Source: Candidatus Latescibacterota bacterium
Lineage (GTDB): Bacteria; Latescibacterota; CBDEFO01
Direction: 5' to 3'
Assembly: GCA_965248755.1 (NCBI GenBank)
Contig: OZ252149.1
Coordinates: 1,536,001 to 1,600,000 of the forward strand
DNA length: 64,000 bases
In this document: one piece after another, positions 44,059 through 53,540 of the stretch
Layout of the letters: each line of letters opens with the position of its first letter
Numbering within the stretch: the stretch's first letter is position 1
The notes under the pieces: generated by a model
What the model was told of the DNA's origin: nothing
Database searches by the model: none
Seen by the model: only the letters and a program-made list of their open reading frames with translations
Made by a program: the position numbers and the translations under genes

Positions 44059-45324
44059 TGTACTGCTTCCCAGGAAAGCGACACCAATTAAGCAACCTGG
44101 GGTAGTAGATAAAATTGTTTTCTCCACTCTTTTGGGGTCTTATATCCCAGGGATGAATGAAGCCTGTTCTTGTTGTAATTATCGATCCACTGAGATATGA
44201 TCTTCTCAGCCTGTTCAAAGGATTCAAACTTGTGAAGCCAAACACACTCTTGCTTGAGGGTCCTGAAAAAACGCTCTACAACACCGTTCCAATCGGGTTT
44301 ACCACTTGGTATGTATTCCTGACGAATTCCCCAATATTCGGTACTGGCCAAATAGGCCCGAGCCAAAAAGATGGAACCATTGTCAGAGCGCAAAGTGAGA
44401 CCCTGGGGGACAGCCTCCTTGGAAGTGTATCGAGAGATCACGGCCCGATCCAGGGCATCTGTGGCCTCCAGTGCCCTCCCTTTTCGACTAAAACGATACC
44501 CAGGAACCTCCCGGCTTCCGTTGTCCACCACCGCAATAAGAGGACACCAACCATCTTTTCCACAGTAAATCTTTGTCAAGTCACTCGACCACAAACTGTC
44601 GGGACTATCCACCACAGAACGCTTCTGGGCAACCTGTGGCCCCTTTCTCCCGGGACGATTCCACAGCTTACACTGCCACCCCTTAAGCTTCATTATCCTA
44701 TGAACCTTCTTAACGTTGACACATTCCCCTTCCTTGAAACGAAGATGCGCCCAAACCCGCCTGTGACCAAATGCCTCTTCTTGGTCCAGTATCCCTCGAA
44801 TACGAAAAGCAAGCTCCTCATCTATCACAGGCTCTTTAACAGAAGAACTGACACCTCTATCCCTAAACCTATACAGAGTCGAACGATGCAAACCCAAAGC
44901 CAAAGCTACCACCTTGCGGGAATAGCCTCGACCCAAAAACCGCCCACTCAAGGCAACCGCTTCGTTTTTTTTAGACGGGCTACCTCTTCGAGTATCTCCA
45001 ACTGGAGCGTCAACTGCCCTACCTTGCGCTCCAACCGGCTAACCTCTCGCTCCTTCGGATCCTTGCGACCACGCCGAGACTTCAGACTCTCCTGGCCCCC
45101 TTCTAAGAAACTATCACGCCAAGCATACGCCTGCGACTGGCTAATTCCATTCTTACGACACACCTCAGATAGATCTGCTCCTCTCAAAAGAGCCAACACA
45201 ATCTCTCCCTTACGGGTCGCCGTCCAGCGCTTACCATCTTTCACTTCGGGGCTCGACACCTTGACCTCCCTTCTCAAACCCCAATTTGCGAAATATTTGT
45301 CGCTCTGTCAAGGGGAGCGGTATG
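44059..45324 (-). mobile_element. IS3-family element, copy 5 (duplicated with its TTGG flanks)
   Basis: Same insertion site as copy 4. Confidence 0.97.
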
Positions 45325-46152
45325 TTGGGACGGCTACTCCAAAGAAATAAAAGTTAAAAAAACTGAATTTAGTAATCTAAAAAGTTATTTAGCTCCACAA
45401 TCTGATAGTTTTATTTCATCTAATGGAGTTAATTTTTACAAGAAGAGGTTAGGGGAAGCTTTCTTAAAGTGCTTAAGAATTGCAGGAGTAACTGACGATG
45501 GAAGGGCATTCACAGAGAAAAAACTGCATAAATATATATCAGAAAAAAACTCGGATTTTTACCAGGATTTTAGGGTAAGGCTCGCCAATTGGTGTTTGAA
45601 GATACACAGGCAAGAAGAAGTTTTTGAAGAAATAAAACATTATCTAACCAATGAATTTAAGGAGTTTTTTAATTATCAGGTGAATGTTGAACTTACAATC
45701 TTTATAAATTCATCAGATTTGGAAGCGGATGATGAAGAAACCCATTCGAGCAATAACATCTACAAATATTCTTCTGGAACAACTGATATCGACATAGAAG
45801 TTTCAACTATTCATGGTGTCAAAGGCGAAACCCATACGGCAACATGTTACCTTGAAACTTTCTTTTATGACTATGACATTAAGCGAATAATAAATTATAT
45901 AAAGGGAGAGCATACTAAGCCAAAAGAAAGAGTAATTCAAAATCTAAAAATGGCTTTTGTAGGGATGTCACGTCCATCTCGTCTCCTTTGCATTGCGGTT
46001 CATAAGGATAGTATTACCGGACAAGAAGAAGCACTGCAGAGAAGTGGTTGGGATGTTAATAAGGAATTGTTAGCAGGTAGTAATAACTGAAACAAGAAGG
46101 CTATTTATAATCGAAGATAGGTGCGATAATCGAAGATGGGTGGTTGCCATAT

Positions 46153-46572
46153 CATACCGTTCCCCTTCACAGAACGACAGATATTCTGTAAATCAGGGTT
46201 CGCGAAGGGCAAGATGTCAGCGCCAGAGCAGAAGACGGCTAGCGCTGGACAACGGTTCGATCTTTCTTTCTAGATCCTATTTGGTAAGTACCGAATATTA
46301 GGGGTTTGTCAAGAATATGTTCCGAGCGGAAAGGCCGATTGGAACGGTGTTGTAGAGCGTTTTTTCAGGACCCTCAAGCAAGAGTGTGTTTGACTTCACA
46401 GCTTCGAATCCTTTGAGCAAGCTGAGAAGATCATATCTCAGTGGATCGATAATTACGACAAGAACCGTCTTCATTCATCCCTGGGATACAAGACCCTGCA
46501 AGAATGGAGAAAACAATAATATCTGCTACCCCAAGTTGCTTAATCGGTGTCGCTTTCCAGGGGGGCAGTACA
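46153..46572 (+). mobile_element. MITE copy 5, right boundary of the composite
   Basis: Followed directly by CTTT. Confidence 0.9.
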
Positions 46573-46692
46573 CTTTATCCATTTTGAATCTTATAGGTTT
46601 CGGGTTTCATAAACACTTTCAGGACGCACCTGTCCCCGACTACATCACTGATAAGAGATCTGAATATATGTTTGGGTATATGTAGGGAGGCA

Positions 46693-46987
46693 CTAAGCAG
46701 AAAGCCGCCATAGGTAGGCTACCATGAGGCAGAGGATAATCCCCATTCCCACCGGCAGCAGCGATGAGACCGTAGTCCAATTGGCGCTCTTGGTCTCCTT
46801 ACCGTGGTAGCACATATACTGCACCAGATTCATGTCAGCAAGCTTTATGATCATTTTCATGGCCGAAGCTGCCGCCACCTGCATCCGCTCGGCGATCATG
46901 GACGGATTTGACCATGTCCACCGGATCCCTGCCCTGTTGAAGCTTGTAGATATCCTTCCGGAAGTCCTGTATCGTCTGGCTTCGCAT
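46693..46987 (-). pseudogene. Deletion scar: DtxR-like N-terminus joined to a FeoB-like C-terminus
   Basis: MRSQTIQDFRKDIYKLQ and IAERMQVAAASAMKMIIKLADMNLV resemble the 50007-50663 protein; ETKSANWT..LLPVGMGIILCLMVA resembles a FeoB terminal helix. Confidence 0.6.
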
Positions 46988-47019
46988 TTTAACTTTCTCC
47001 GGGGGCTTTATGTAGGATC

Positions 47020-47415
47020 TTATCGGGATGTGACAATGGTATCCGGGTTTCCGACCACGAATTTACCTTCCATTATTGGGTGCAGATAACAGGAATAGGT
47101 CAGAATCGTATCTTGCGGCGGCACTGAGAAGATGATGTCCTCACGCTCCCCGGGTCGAAGAATCTCCGTCTCCACATCGAGACCCTCTATTGCGAGATTG
47201 TGTTCAACGCCACGCGATTCATTGCGGAAGATCAATTTTACTTTCGAGCCGGGCTTCGCGTAAAGCGTCGGATTATTTCCACTGAAAACAAAGTTTTCCG
47301 CTACGACCTCGAGGATGGCATTCGGCCTATCCCGCATCCCCGCGACACCGACGAGTGTGATACCTATCAAAAGCAGAGCAAAAACGATTACCTGTGAAGT
47401 TCTTTGCCGAAACAT
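47020..47415 (-). CDS. Cupredoxin-domain protein
   Basis: Signal peptide, EHNL, YSCYLHPIMEG. Confidence 0.85.
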   Translation of the reverse strand: MFRQRTSQVIVFALLLIGITLVGVAGMRDRPNAILEVVAENFVFSGNNPTLYAKPGSKVKLIFRNESRGVEHNLAIEGLDVETEILRPGEREDIIFSVPPQDTILTYSCYLHPIMEGKFVVGNPDTIVTSR

Positions 47416-47457
47416 CTCCTTTCCCTCCTTATTAGCGGTATCAAATCAAAAAAGGAT

Positions 47458-48705
47458 TCAGAACGTGACCAGAAGCCCTGTCGCGTACATAATCAAGAAG
47501 CCCACGAGCAAGCCGACGAAGTTGTGGGGCGTCAGCACATCCGCGTCTTCGGATTGGCGTGCCATCTGACGGAGGATGACGTAAGAGACCTGCACAATCG
47601 CCCCTGCTCCGATGCCAAGAAACAGCACAGACCAGACTGCCGAATAGGTAAAGCCGCCGATCCACGCGCCCAGAATCGTCGGCACACCCGCAAGAGCTCC
47701 CATCCAGATGAAGTTGGCAAAGGCGACCCGCTGTTTCGCAACCGGAGCCACGATGGCTAACCCCTCGGTCGTATTATGAACAGCAAATCCGACCACCAAT
47801 AGTCCTCCAAGTGAGATGTTGCCAAGCGCGTATGCCGAACCGATGGCAAGCCCCTCTCCTAAATTGTGTAAGCCGATCCCAAAGGCGATCATGTAGGCGA
47901 GTACCATCCGCTGGAATGTCTCACCGCGTTGCAACGCCTGAGTGCGCGACCATCGAGCAATAACCATCAGAAGCAGCAAGCAGCCTGAAAATCCGACCAC
48001 GACCAGCGCAACACCCTCGTAAGCCTCCGGCAATTCATCAGCGACTTCAAGGGCTTCGTGGAGCGCGTCCACTGCGAGAAAGACCAGCAATCCCACGGTC
48101 AAGCTCAGAAGGAAATTCAACCCCCGGGTGCTCACATTTCGCATGGCCGGAAACCAGAGCAGCCCCAAGAAAACGGGGATCACACCCACATAGACCCCTA
48201 AAAGGGAAAAGATGCCGAGATACCTCCAATTGGGACTTGGAGATTCCACGGCCACTTCAATCTCCTTGCTAAACGTCAGTCCTGTTGAGGTGAGGAGGGT
48301 GACTTCGTGTGTGTCGCCCTCCACCCAGGGATAAAACAGATGAATCTGCGCGCTCTCCAGGTGGTTAAGTGTTGCCTTTGGCCTGATCTCAAAGGGCCAA
48401 TAGGCTTCATCCACCATCACCTGCGCGACGGTCGTCTCACTGGGGCCATCGTTGAGGATGTGCAAAATGATCTCTTTATGGCGTTCTTGCGCCACGTCTT
48501 GGTCCCGGAGCACAATGCGCTGAAACGCGATCTTCTCCACGGGTGGGAAATGGGTACGCAAGGCTTTGCCAGGACCATGGACCTGCAGAATGACGATCAA
48601 AATACCCAGCAGGACAAGCGGCAAAAAGATGAAAACCCAGTGCGATAGACTTTTTTTTCCGTGATGTGATGTATCTTCGGATTCGGGATGAGGATCCGCG
48701 TTCAT
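47458..48705 (-). CDS. ZIP-family metal transporter with N-terminal soluble domain
   Basis: GIGLHNLGEGLAIG and HNTTEG. Confidence 0.9.
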   Translation of the reverse strand: MNADPHPESEDTSHHGKKSLSHWVFIFLPLVLLGILIVILQVHGPGKALRTHFPPVEKIAFQRIVLRDQDVAQERHKEIILHILNDGPSETTVAQVMVDEAYWPFEIRPKATLNHLESAQIHLFYPWVEGDTHEVTLLTSTGLTFSKEIEVAVESPSPNWRYLGIFSLLGVYVGVIPVFLGLLWFPAMRNVSTRGLNFLLSLTVGLLVFLAVDALHEALEVADELPEAYEGVALVVVGFSGCLLLLMVIARWSRTQALQRGETFQRMVLAYMIAFGIGLHNLGEGLAIGSAYALGNISLGGLLVVGFAVHNTTEGLAIVAPVAKQRVAFANFIWMGALAGVPTILGAWIGGFTYSAVWSVLFLGIGAGAIVQVSYVILRQMARQSEDADVLTPHNFVGLLVGFLIMYATGLLVTF

Positions 48706-48727
48706 TGCTTCTGACTCCTTGTACGTA

Positions 48728-49942
48728 TTATACTGCGCTTACTGCCTGAATGATACCCATCCAGCCCAGCTCGGCGAACTCGGACTGATGCGCATGGATC
48801 ATGTATTGCCCCGGATACCGGAGCGTGACTTCCAGAATCGCCCGTTCCCCCTGACACATCATAACCGTATCGGTGAACTCATCCGTGTGCAAACGCGTCC
48901 CCGTCCGATATACATCGAAAAACGCCGCGTGGAGATGGAACGAGTTAACCGGGTCAAATTCGGTGACATTAACCAGATACACGCGCACCAGCTCGCCAAC
49001 TTTGACCTGAATCGGATGATTCATGTAGTAAAAGGCAACGGTATTGGCCGCATAGACTTCGTTGTCGCCATCGAAGTTCGTATCGAAGCCGTTCATCGTT
49101 ATGATCAACTCTTGAGCGGGAGGTCTCGGTTCCCGTGGATCCACGATATAAACGCCGTACAAGCCTTTATGGATATGGCGTTTTAGCGGCAGCGAGTGGC
49201 AATGGTAGAGGTGGATTCCAACAGGATCGGCGTCAAATTCGATAAGAAATTCACCCCCCGGAGGGACAAACTGATCCGGAAAAGCCCCGTCCATCTCGGG
49301 GCGATGCCAGCCGTGAAAGTGAATGGTGTGCGGATGGGAACCCTGATTGCGGAAGAGAATGCGGATGTTGTCCCCTTCGGTGGCGCGAATGGTGGGACCC
49401 GGAACCTGCCCGTTATACGTCCACGCAGGAAAGAAGACACCGGGCGCAATTTCAATCTCTTTGTCCACTGCGATAAACTCATATTCCCTCAGGAGCGTCC
49501 CGTCGGGTCGAGGCGTTTCACGGTAGTAGTTCTGGCGTTCTTCAGAGGGCAAATCATTAAAGTTCCAGGCGGTCAAGTAGCGTGTCGGGTCGAAGTCACC
49601 CGCTTGAATCTCTCCGACGGTGCCCATACGATGGGCATGCAATTCCGCTTTTGGTTGTATTGCCCCCCGCTCCTCTGCTTGTGCAACAAGGCCGATGGAG
49701 GAAGGAATTCCACGGCCGAAGGCACGCCGCCCGCCGACCCACAATGCCCCAAGAAGGGCGGCTCCGCCTGCCAGCAGAAAACCTCGGCGCGAAGAACCGT
49801 GCGGTGATTCGGAGTGCGTTATTGCGGTCATCCAGCGAAGGAGCTGCCGAAGCCAGAAAAAACCGCGTCCAGGCCAGAATAGAAGTAGTCCAACCGCACC
49901 TAAAGCGATAATAACCAGTAAAACGTTGATTGGATTCATCAT
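48728..49942 (-). CDS. Two-domain multicopper oxidase with Tat-like motif
   Basis: SRRGFL; HTIHFHG, YHCH, HLH, HAHQ copper ligands. Confidence 0.88.
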   Translation of the reverse strand: MMNPINVLLVIIALGAVGLLLFWPGRGFFWLRQLLRWMTAITHSESPHGSSRRGFLLAGGAALLGALWVGGRRAFGRGIPSSIGLVAQAEERGAIQPKAELHAHRMGTVGEIQAGDFDPTRYLTAWNFNDLPSEERQNYYRETPRPDGTLLREYEFIAVDKEIEIAPGVFFPAWTYNGQVPGPTIRATEGDNIRILFRNQGSHPHTIHFHGWHRPEMDGAFPDQFVPPGGEFLIEFDADPVGIHLYHCHSLPLKRHIHKGLYGVYIVDPREPRPPAQELIITMNGFDTNFDGDNEVYAANTVAFYYMNHPIQVKVGELVRVYLVNVTEFDPVNSFHLHAAFFDVYRTGTRLHTDEFTDTVMMCQGERAILEVTLRYPGQYMIHAHQSEFAELGWMGIIQAVSAV

Positions 49943-50006
49943 AAAAACCTCATACGTGGGTAGACGTTACTCATGGCACATCCTCTTGCCTCTTGGCTGT
50001 CCAGTG

Positions 50007-50663
50007 TTAAGATGCTGCACCCACCAATATCTTATCTGCTAATTCCCTCCCTAACGTATGTCTGTCCGAACCGATCTGGATGAGGATAGGGCCGTTGAAA
50101 GGGAGCTTTTCGGTAACCGCGACGATGACTCCGGGGAAGATACCGAGGCTGGCCAGGTAACGAAGGATGTCAGGGTCCTGGTCGTTGATGCGCGAAATGG
50201 TGACGGTCTGCCCGGCATCTGAGTCTGAAAGACTCCCGTGATCTACTTCTTCGAGGAGACCCTCTTTTGTGGGTATGGGATCCCCGTGCGGGTCTGTCGT
50301 CGGGTGCCCTAAGGCTTCGTCAATCTTATCCTCAAATTCTTCGGAGATGACGTGTTCTAACTCCTCAGCCTCAGCATCCACCTGATCCCATGTGTAGCCC
50401 AAAGCTTCAGACAGATAGAGTTCCAAGAGCCTATGGTGCCGAATGACCTCTACAGCTATCTTCTCACCTGAGGGCGTAAGTTTAACCTCCCGATAGGGTG
50501 TATGGACGACTAATTTCATATCGGTCAGTTTGCCCAGCATACTGGTAACCGAAGCAGCAGATACGTTGGCATTTTCCGCAACGGCAGAGGTAGTTACCTT
50601 CCCAGCGTCCTTCTGCAATTTGTATATGATCTTCAGGTAGTCCTCAACAGATTGGCTCAGCAT
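50007..50663 (-). CDS. DtxR/MntR-family metal-dependent repressor with FeoA-like domain
   Basis: EDYLKIIY, RHHRLLE, EAEELEH, DPHGDPIP. Confidence 0.93.
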   Translation of the reverse strand: MLSQSVEDYLKIIYKLQKDAGKVTTSAVAENANVSAASVTSMLGKLTDMKLVVHTPYREVKLTPSGEKIAVEVIRHHRLLELYLSEALGYTWDQVDAEAEELEHVISEEFEDKIDEALGHPTTDPHGDPIPTKEGLLEEVDHGSLSDSDAGQTVTISRINDQDPDILRYLASLGIFPGVIVAVTEKLPFNGPILIQIGSDRHTLGRELADKILVGAAS

Positions 50664-50686
50664 ATTTTAGTCCTTCAAATTAAAAA

Positions 50687-50769
50687 TTTAGGTATGCCTA
50701 TAAAATAATAAAGATACTAACCCTTGTCAAGTATTTAATCACAAAATTTTATATTTAGGTCTGTCTAAA
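50687..50769 (-). promoter_or_regulatory. Sigma70-type promoter with two DtxR-like operator palindromes
   Basis: TTGACA (50730-50725), N17, TATTTT; TTTAGGTATGCCTATA at 50687-50702 and TTTAGGTCTGTCTAAA at 50754-50769. Confidence 0.75.
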
Positions 50770-50806
50770 TTTATAAGTTGCTGATATAGAATAAGATCCG
50801 AAGATA

Positions 50807-50834
50807 AAAAAGCCCGATCAAATGACCGGGCTTT
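50807..50834 (-). terminator. Intrinsic terminator
   Basis: AAAGCCCGATCA..TGACCGGGCTTT hairpin; T run on the minus strand. Confidence 0.7.
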
Positions 50835-50857
50835 GAAGTAAAGATTCTACCTGGAAC

Positions 50858-53386
50858 TTAATGCGGAACACCCAGCTGGTGCATTCGGCGGTGGATAGCG
50901 TCCCTTGCTTCGATGAAGGGGCGCTCTAAATAGGCTTGATGATCCTGCTGCCCGTGATGGTGTGTGACCGTACCCGGGCGGTGCTGACGACTGAGATTTC
51001 CAATGTACGAAAGGCCGCCCTCTATAAGGGTGAGCATATACTCGGCGGACTCCTGGTTGAACATCCACCACTCGCCCCCGCAGGCTATGTAGATCGGCGA
51101 GGTGTGAGCCATAATACCGCGTCTCCATCCGTCATAGTGCGGGATGGCAGTCGAGTATCCGGGACCGCTGCACCTCAGGGCCAACCAACTGTGGCCTTCT
51201 ATCTGCACAGATGCTTTCAAATGGAGTCTCCTTGCTCCGTTCCTCTCCTCTGTAGAAGCTACCACGAGGCCCTCCTGCACGACCTCTAACGTATGTATCG
51301 GAAGGATAGATTCCGCCGTTGCTTCCACCTCCACTGTACCGCCGTTGCCGGAAAGCTGAAGTGTATCGCCAACGTGATGGCTGTCTACAGTAAATTGGAG
51401 GATCGGACCCCCGCTGTGGAAGGTGCGCCCCGCCGCAAGGTTCCTGCACCAGTTGTCGTAGGTAAACTCCTCGTCCGGAGGGATATAGACGTAGGTGCGG
51501 TAGATTCCGACAGGCACGTCTGATGTCATCTTGTCAGTGCCGCCGACCAAGGGCAGACGGTAGCCGCAGTTCAGATAGCGGTAGTACTCATTGTGTTGGT
51601 ACATACCGTGGCGCAGCATTTCGACTGCGTCGGTGCGTCCGGTCGCGATCAGGGTAGCTGGCTCGCCGTTGGGATTGGGAAGGTGCGGTATGATGACTGT
51701 ACCGCCCTGCTCGTGACACTGATCCGCCCAGTCGGACATCGTGATCTCCAACGATCCACCGAGTTCCGCTTCAGAAGGGCCGTCACTGCACCACGGCATC
51801 ACGGGCTTTTTGAGTCCTAACAAAATAAGATGTCCCAGGAAGTGCTGGCGATTCTCCTGCGAGACATAGACGATGCTCCTACCATCCTCTGAAACGCTGG
51901 GCCCGCCGGTGAACTCCTCTGTGTTGGTGAACAGGTGTCCCCACTGAGATTGCAGCAGATTGACGACGTTGAGGTCCTCACCTCTGGCCTCCGTGTGGCT
52001 GCCCTGCGCCGAGAGAAAATGCACGTGCGAGTCGCCGGAAAAGTATCGCTCCTTGTTCATGTTGCACCAGCGGTTCAGGTGAAGTGTAAGCTCCCGCTGG
52101 CCGGGTGTGATTTCGACCTTAGTGCGGAGCGGCTCATACTCAAAGCCGCGGGCGACGTCCACGATCATCTCTCCTCTGGGCAGCCATCCCTGGCAGGTGC
52201 CGTCTATATAGGCGTAAGTTATCTGACCCAGGCGCAGATCGCCGCCCACGTCAATATGCCATGTCCCCATATTGGAGTTGACGTGGGCGTGATGCCCGTG
52301 CGGAGCGTAGGGCACGCCATCCGGGGAGCGGAAGTGAATCCGGCAGGGCACCGGCTTACCAGTTTCGTCGTCCAAGACAGTAGTGTGAACCCAGTTTACA
52401 CCCTTGTCGATGATCTCCACATGTAGGCGATGTGACGGCTCGATTTTTCCCTTCTCCTCCAATTCACCCCACTTGACCTCTCCGAGCACCTCGCCCTCTT
52501 GTTTGACCCTGACGGTCGCAGACGGCGTCGCCGCCACCTCGACATAGCTGGGACTGCTCCTGGGGTTCTGCTCCTCTCCCCAGCCTTTGAAGTCGTCCTC
52601 CAAGAATTCGTCGGAGGACTTTTCGGGGAGAGCATAAGGATATGTCGCCACACCGCGATCCACTTCAACTTCCAGATCGAACGGCTTTTGAGCATCTGCA
52701 GGCCGCGGCAGAGTAATCTTTACTTCTCGCTTTGCCTCTCGCGAGAACGGGAACTCATCTGTGTGACCGAGCGTAATCCCTGCAATCAGGAAAGGGTGAC
52801 CACCTTTCGGGACGATCTCAAGCGAGACGATGGCGCGCTGGGGCTCCGGATTCATCCACGCCCACAGAAAGTAGCCGCGGGGAGACCCCTGTGATGCCTC
52901 TGTCTGACGCCTGCCGGCGCTATCCCAGGGTCCCTCGAATCGGTCCACAAGACCGTCGTTCTGATCGGGAAGCGCAAGGAAGGGCAGACCTCCCCCGGGT
53001 CCAGATCTGAGAGAATATGTCGGCGCTACGGAGATTTCGAAGCGGTCGCGCACCGGAACGCTGACCTCTTTGCCTCCCTCTAAGTGAAAGACGTACTCTC
53101 CCACCAAAGTGCCGACAGGCCCGCCATCCATGATGGGCGATTCCAACAGACGGTGAGCCACGATCACAGACTTCGCAGTCTGATTGATAGGTACAATGAG
53201 TGGTTCACTCTGGTGCTTCGCTCCGAAGGCGAGGAAAGGGCGATCACCGCCTCCATCAGAAGAACCGACCTGAAATGGCAGTCCGCGGAACGATTGAGAA
53301 CCCACCGGGGCGTCATTCCCTTCACCTAAAACCTTCATGCCCGCGTTGCCCAAAGAGGACAGATCGAGCGGTTGATAATCGGTCAT
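50858..53386 (-). CDS. CehA/McbA-family PHP metallohydrolase
   Basis: SGDSHVH, QENRQHFLGH, GGTDKM, AHTSPIY; AGGAGG RBS before the ATG at 53386. Confidence 0.8.
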   Translation of the reverse strand: MTDYQPLDLSSLGNAGMKVLGEGNDAPVGSQSFRGLPFQVGSSDGGGDRPFLAFGAKHQSEPLIVPINQTAKSVIVAHRLLESPIMDGGPVGTLVGEYVFHLEGGKEVSVPVRDRFEISVAPTYSLRSGPGGGLPFLALPDQNDGLVDRFEGPWDSAGRRQTEASQGSPRGYFLWAWMNPEPQRAIVSLEIVPKGGHPFLIAGITLGHTDEFPFSREAKREVKITLPRPADAQKPFDLEVEVDRGVATYPYALPEKSSDEFLEDDFKGWGEEQNPRSSPSYVEVAATPSATVRVKQEGEVLGEVKWGELEEKGKIEPSHRLHVEIIDKGVNWVHTTVLDDETGKPVPCRIHFRSPDGVPYAPHGHHAHVNSNMGTWHIDVGGDLRLGQITYAYIDGTCQGWLPRGEMIVDVARGFEYEPLRTKVEITPGQRELTLHLNRWCNMNKERYFSGDSHVHFLSAQGSHTEARGEDLNVVNLLQSQWGHLFTNTEEFTGGPSVSEDGRSIVYVSQENRQHFLGHLILLGLKKPVMPWCSDGPSEAELGGSLEITMSDWADQCHEQGGTVIIPHLPNPNGEPATLIATGRTDAVEMLRHGMYQHNEYYRYLNCGYRLPLVGGTDKMTSDVPVGIYRTYVYIPPDEEFTYDNWCRNLAAGRTFHSGGPILQFTVDSHHVGDTLQLSGNGGTVEVEATAESILPIHTLEVVQEGLVVASTEERNGARRLHLKASVQIEGHSWLALRCSGPGYSTAIPHYDGWRRGIMAHTSPIYIACGGEWWMFNQESAEYMLTLIEGGLSYIGNLSRQHRPGTVTHHHGQQDHQAYLERPFIEARDAIHRRMHQLGVPH

Positions 53387-53540
53387 AGAATTCCTCCTAG
53401 TATAAAGATTTCTGATATCCTGTCTTGGTGATCGCAGTTCAACAAGTTGACTGCACAGACTCAATTTTTTCATTAGTGAGAGAATTTACGAAATTTTCCT
53501 GCCAAGATCAAGCACAATTCCGGGAAAAATAGTAGAGGCT

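Larger units (their letters stand above)
34111..46572 (+). mobile_element. Composite transposon (IS3 left, MITE right) with internally amplified helicase cargo
   Basis: CTTT at 34107-34110 and at 46573-46576; joining the flanks restores MDKATEHL. Confidence 0.9.
43815..46572 (+). repeat. 2758 bp tandem duplication of 41057-43814
   Basis: Same helicase-IS-helicase-MITE order, offset by 2758 bp. Confidence 0.92.

Noticed and set aside
35377..46572. Pure assembly or amplification artefact
   Set aside because: Not preferred, because junctions fall exactly on element termini, target duplications are coherent and the MITE copies differ by a SNP. It cannot be excluded without reads.
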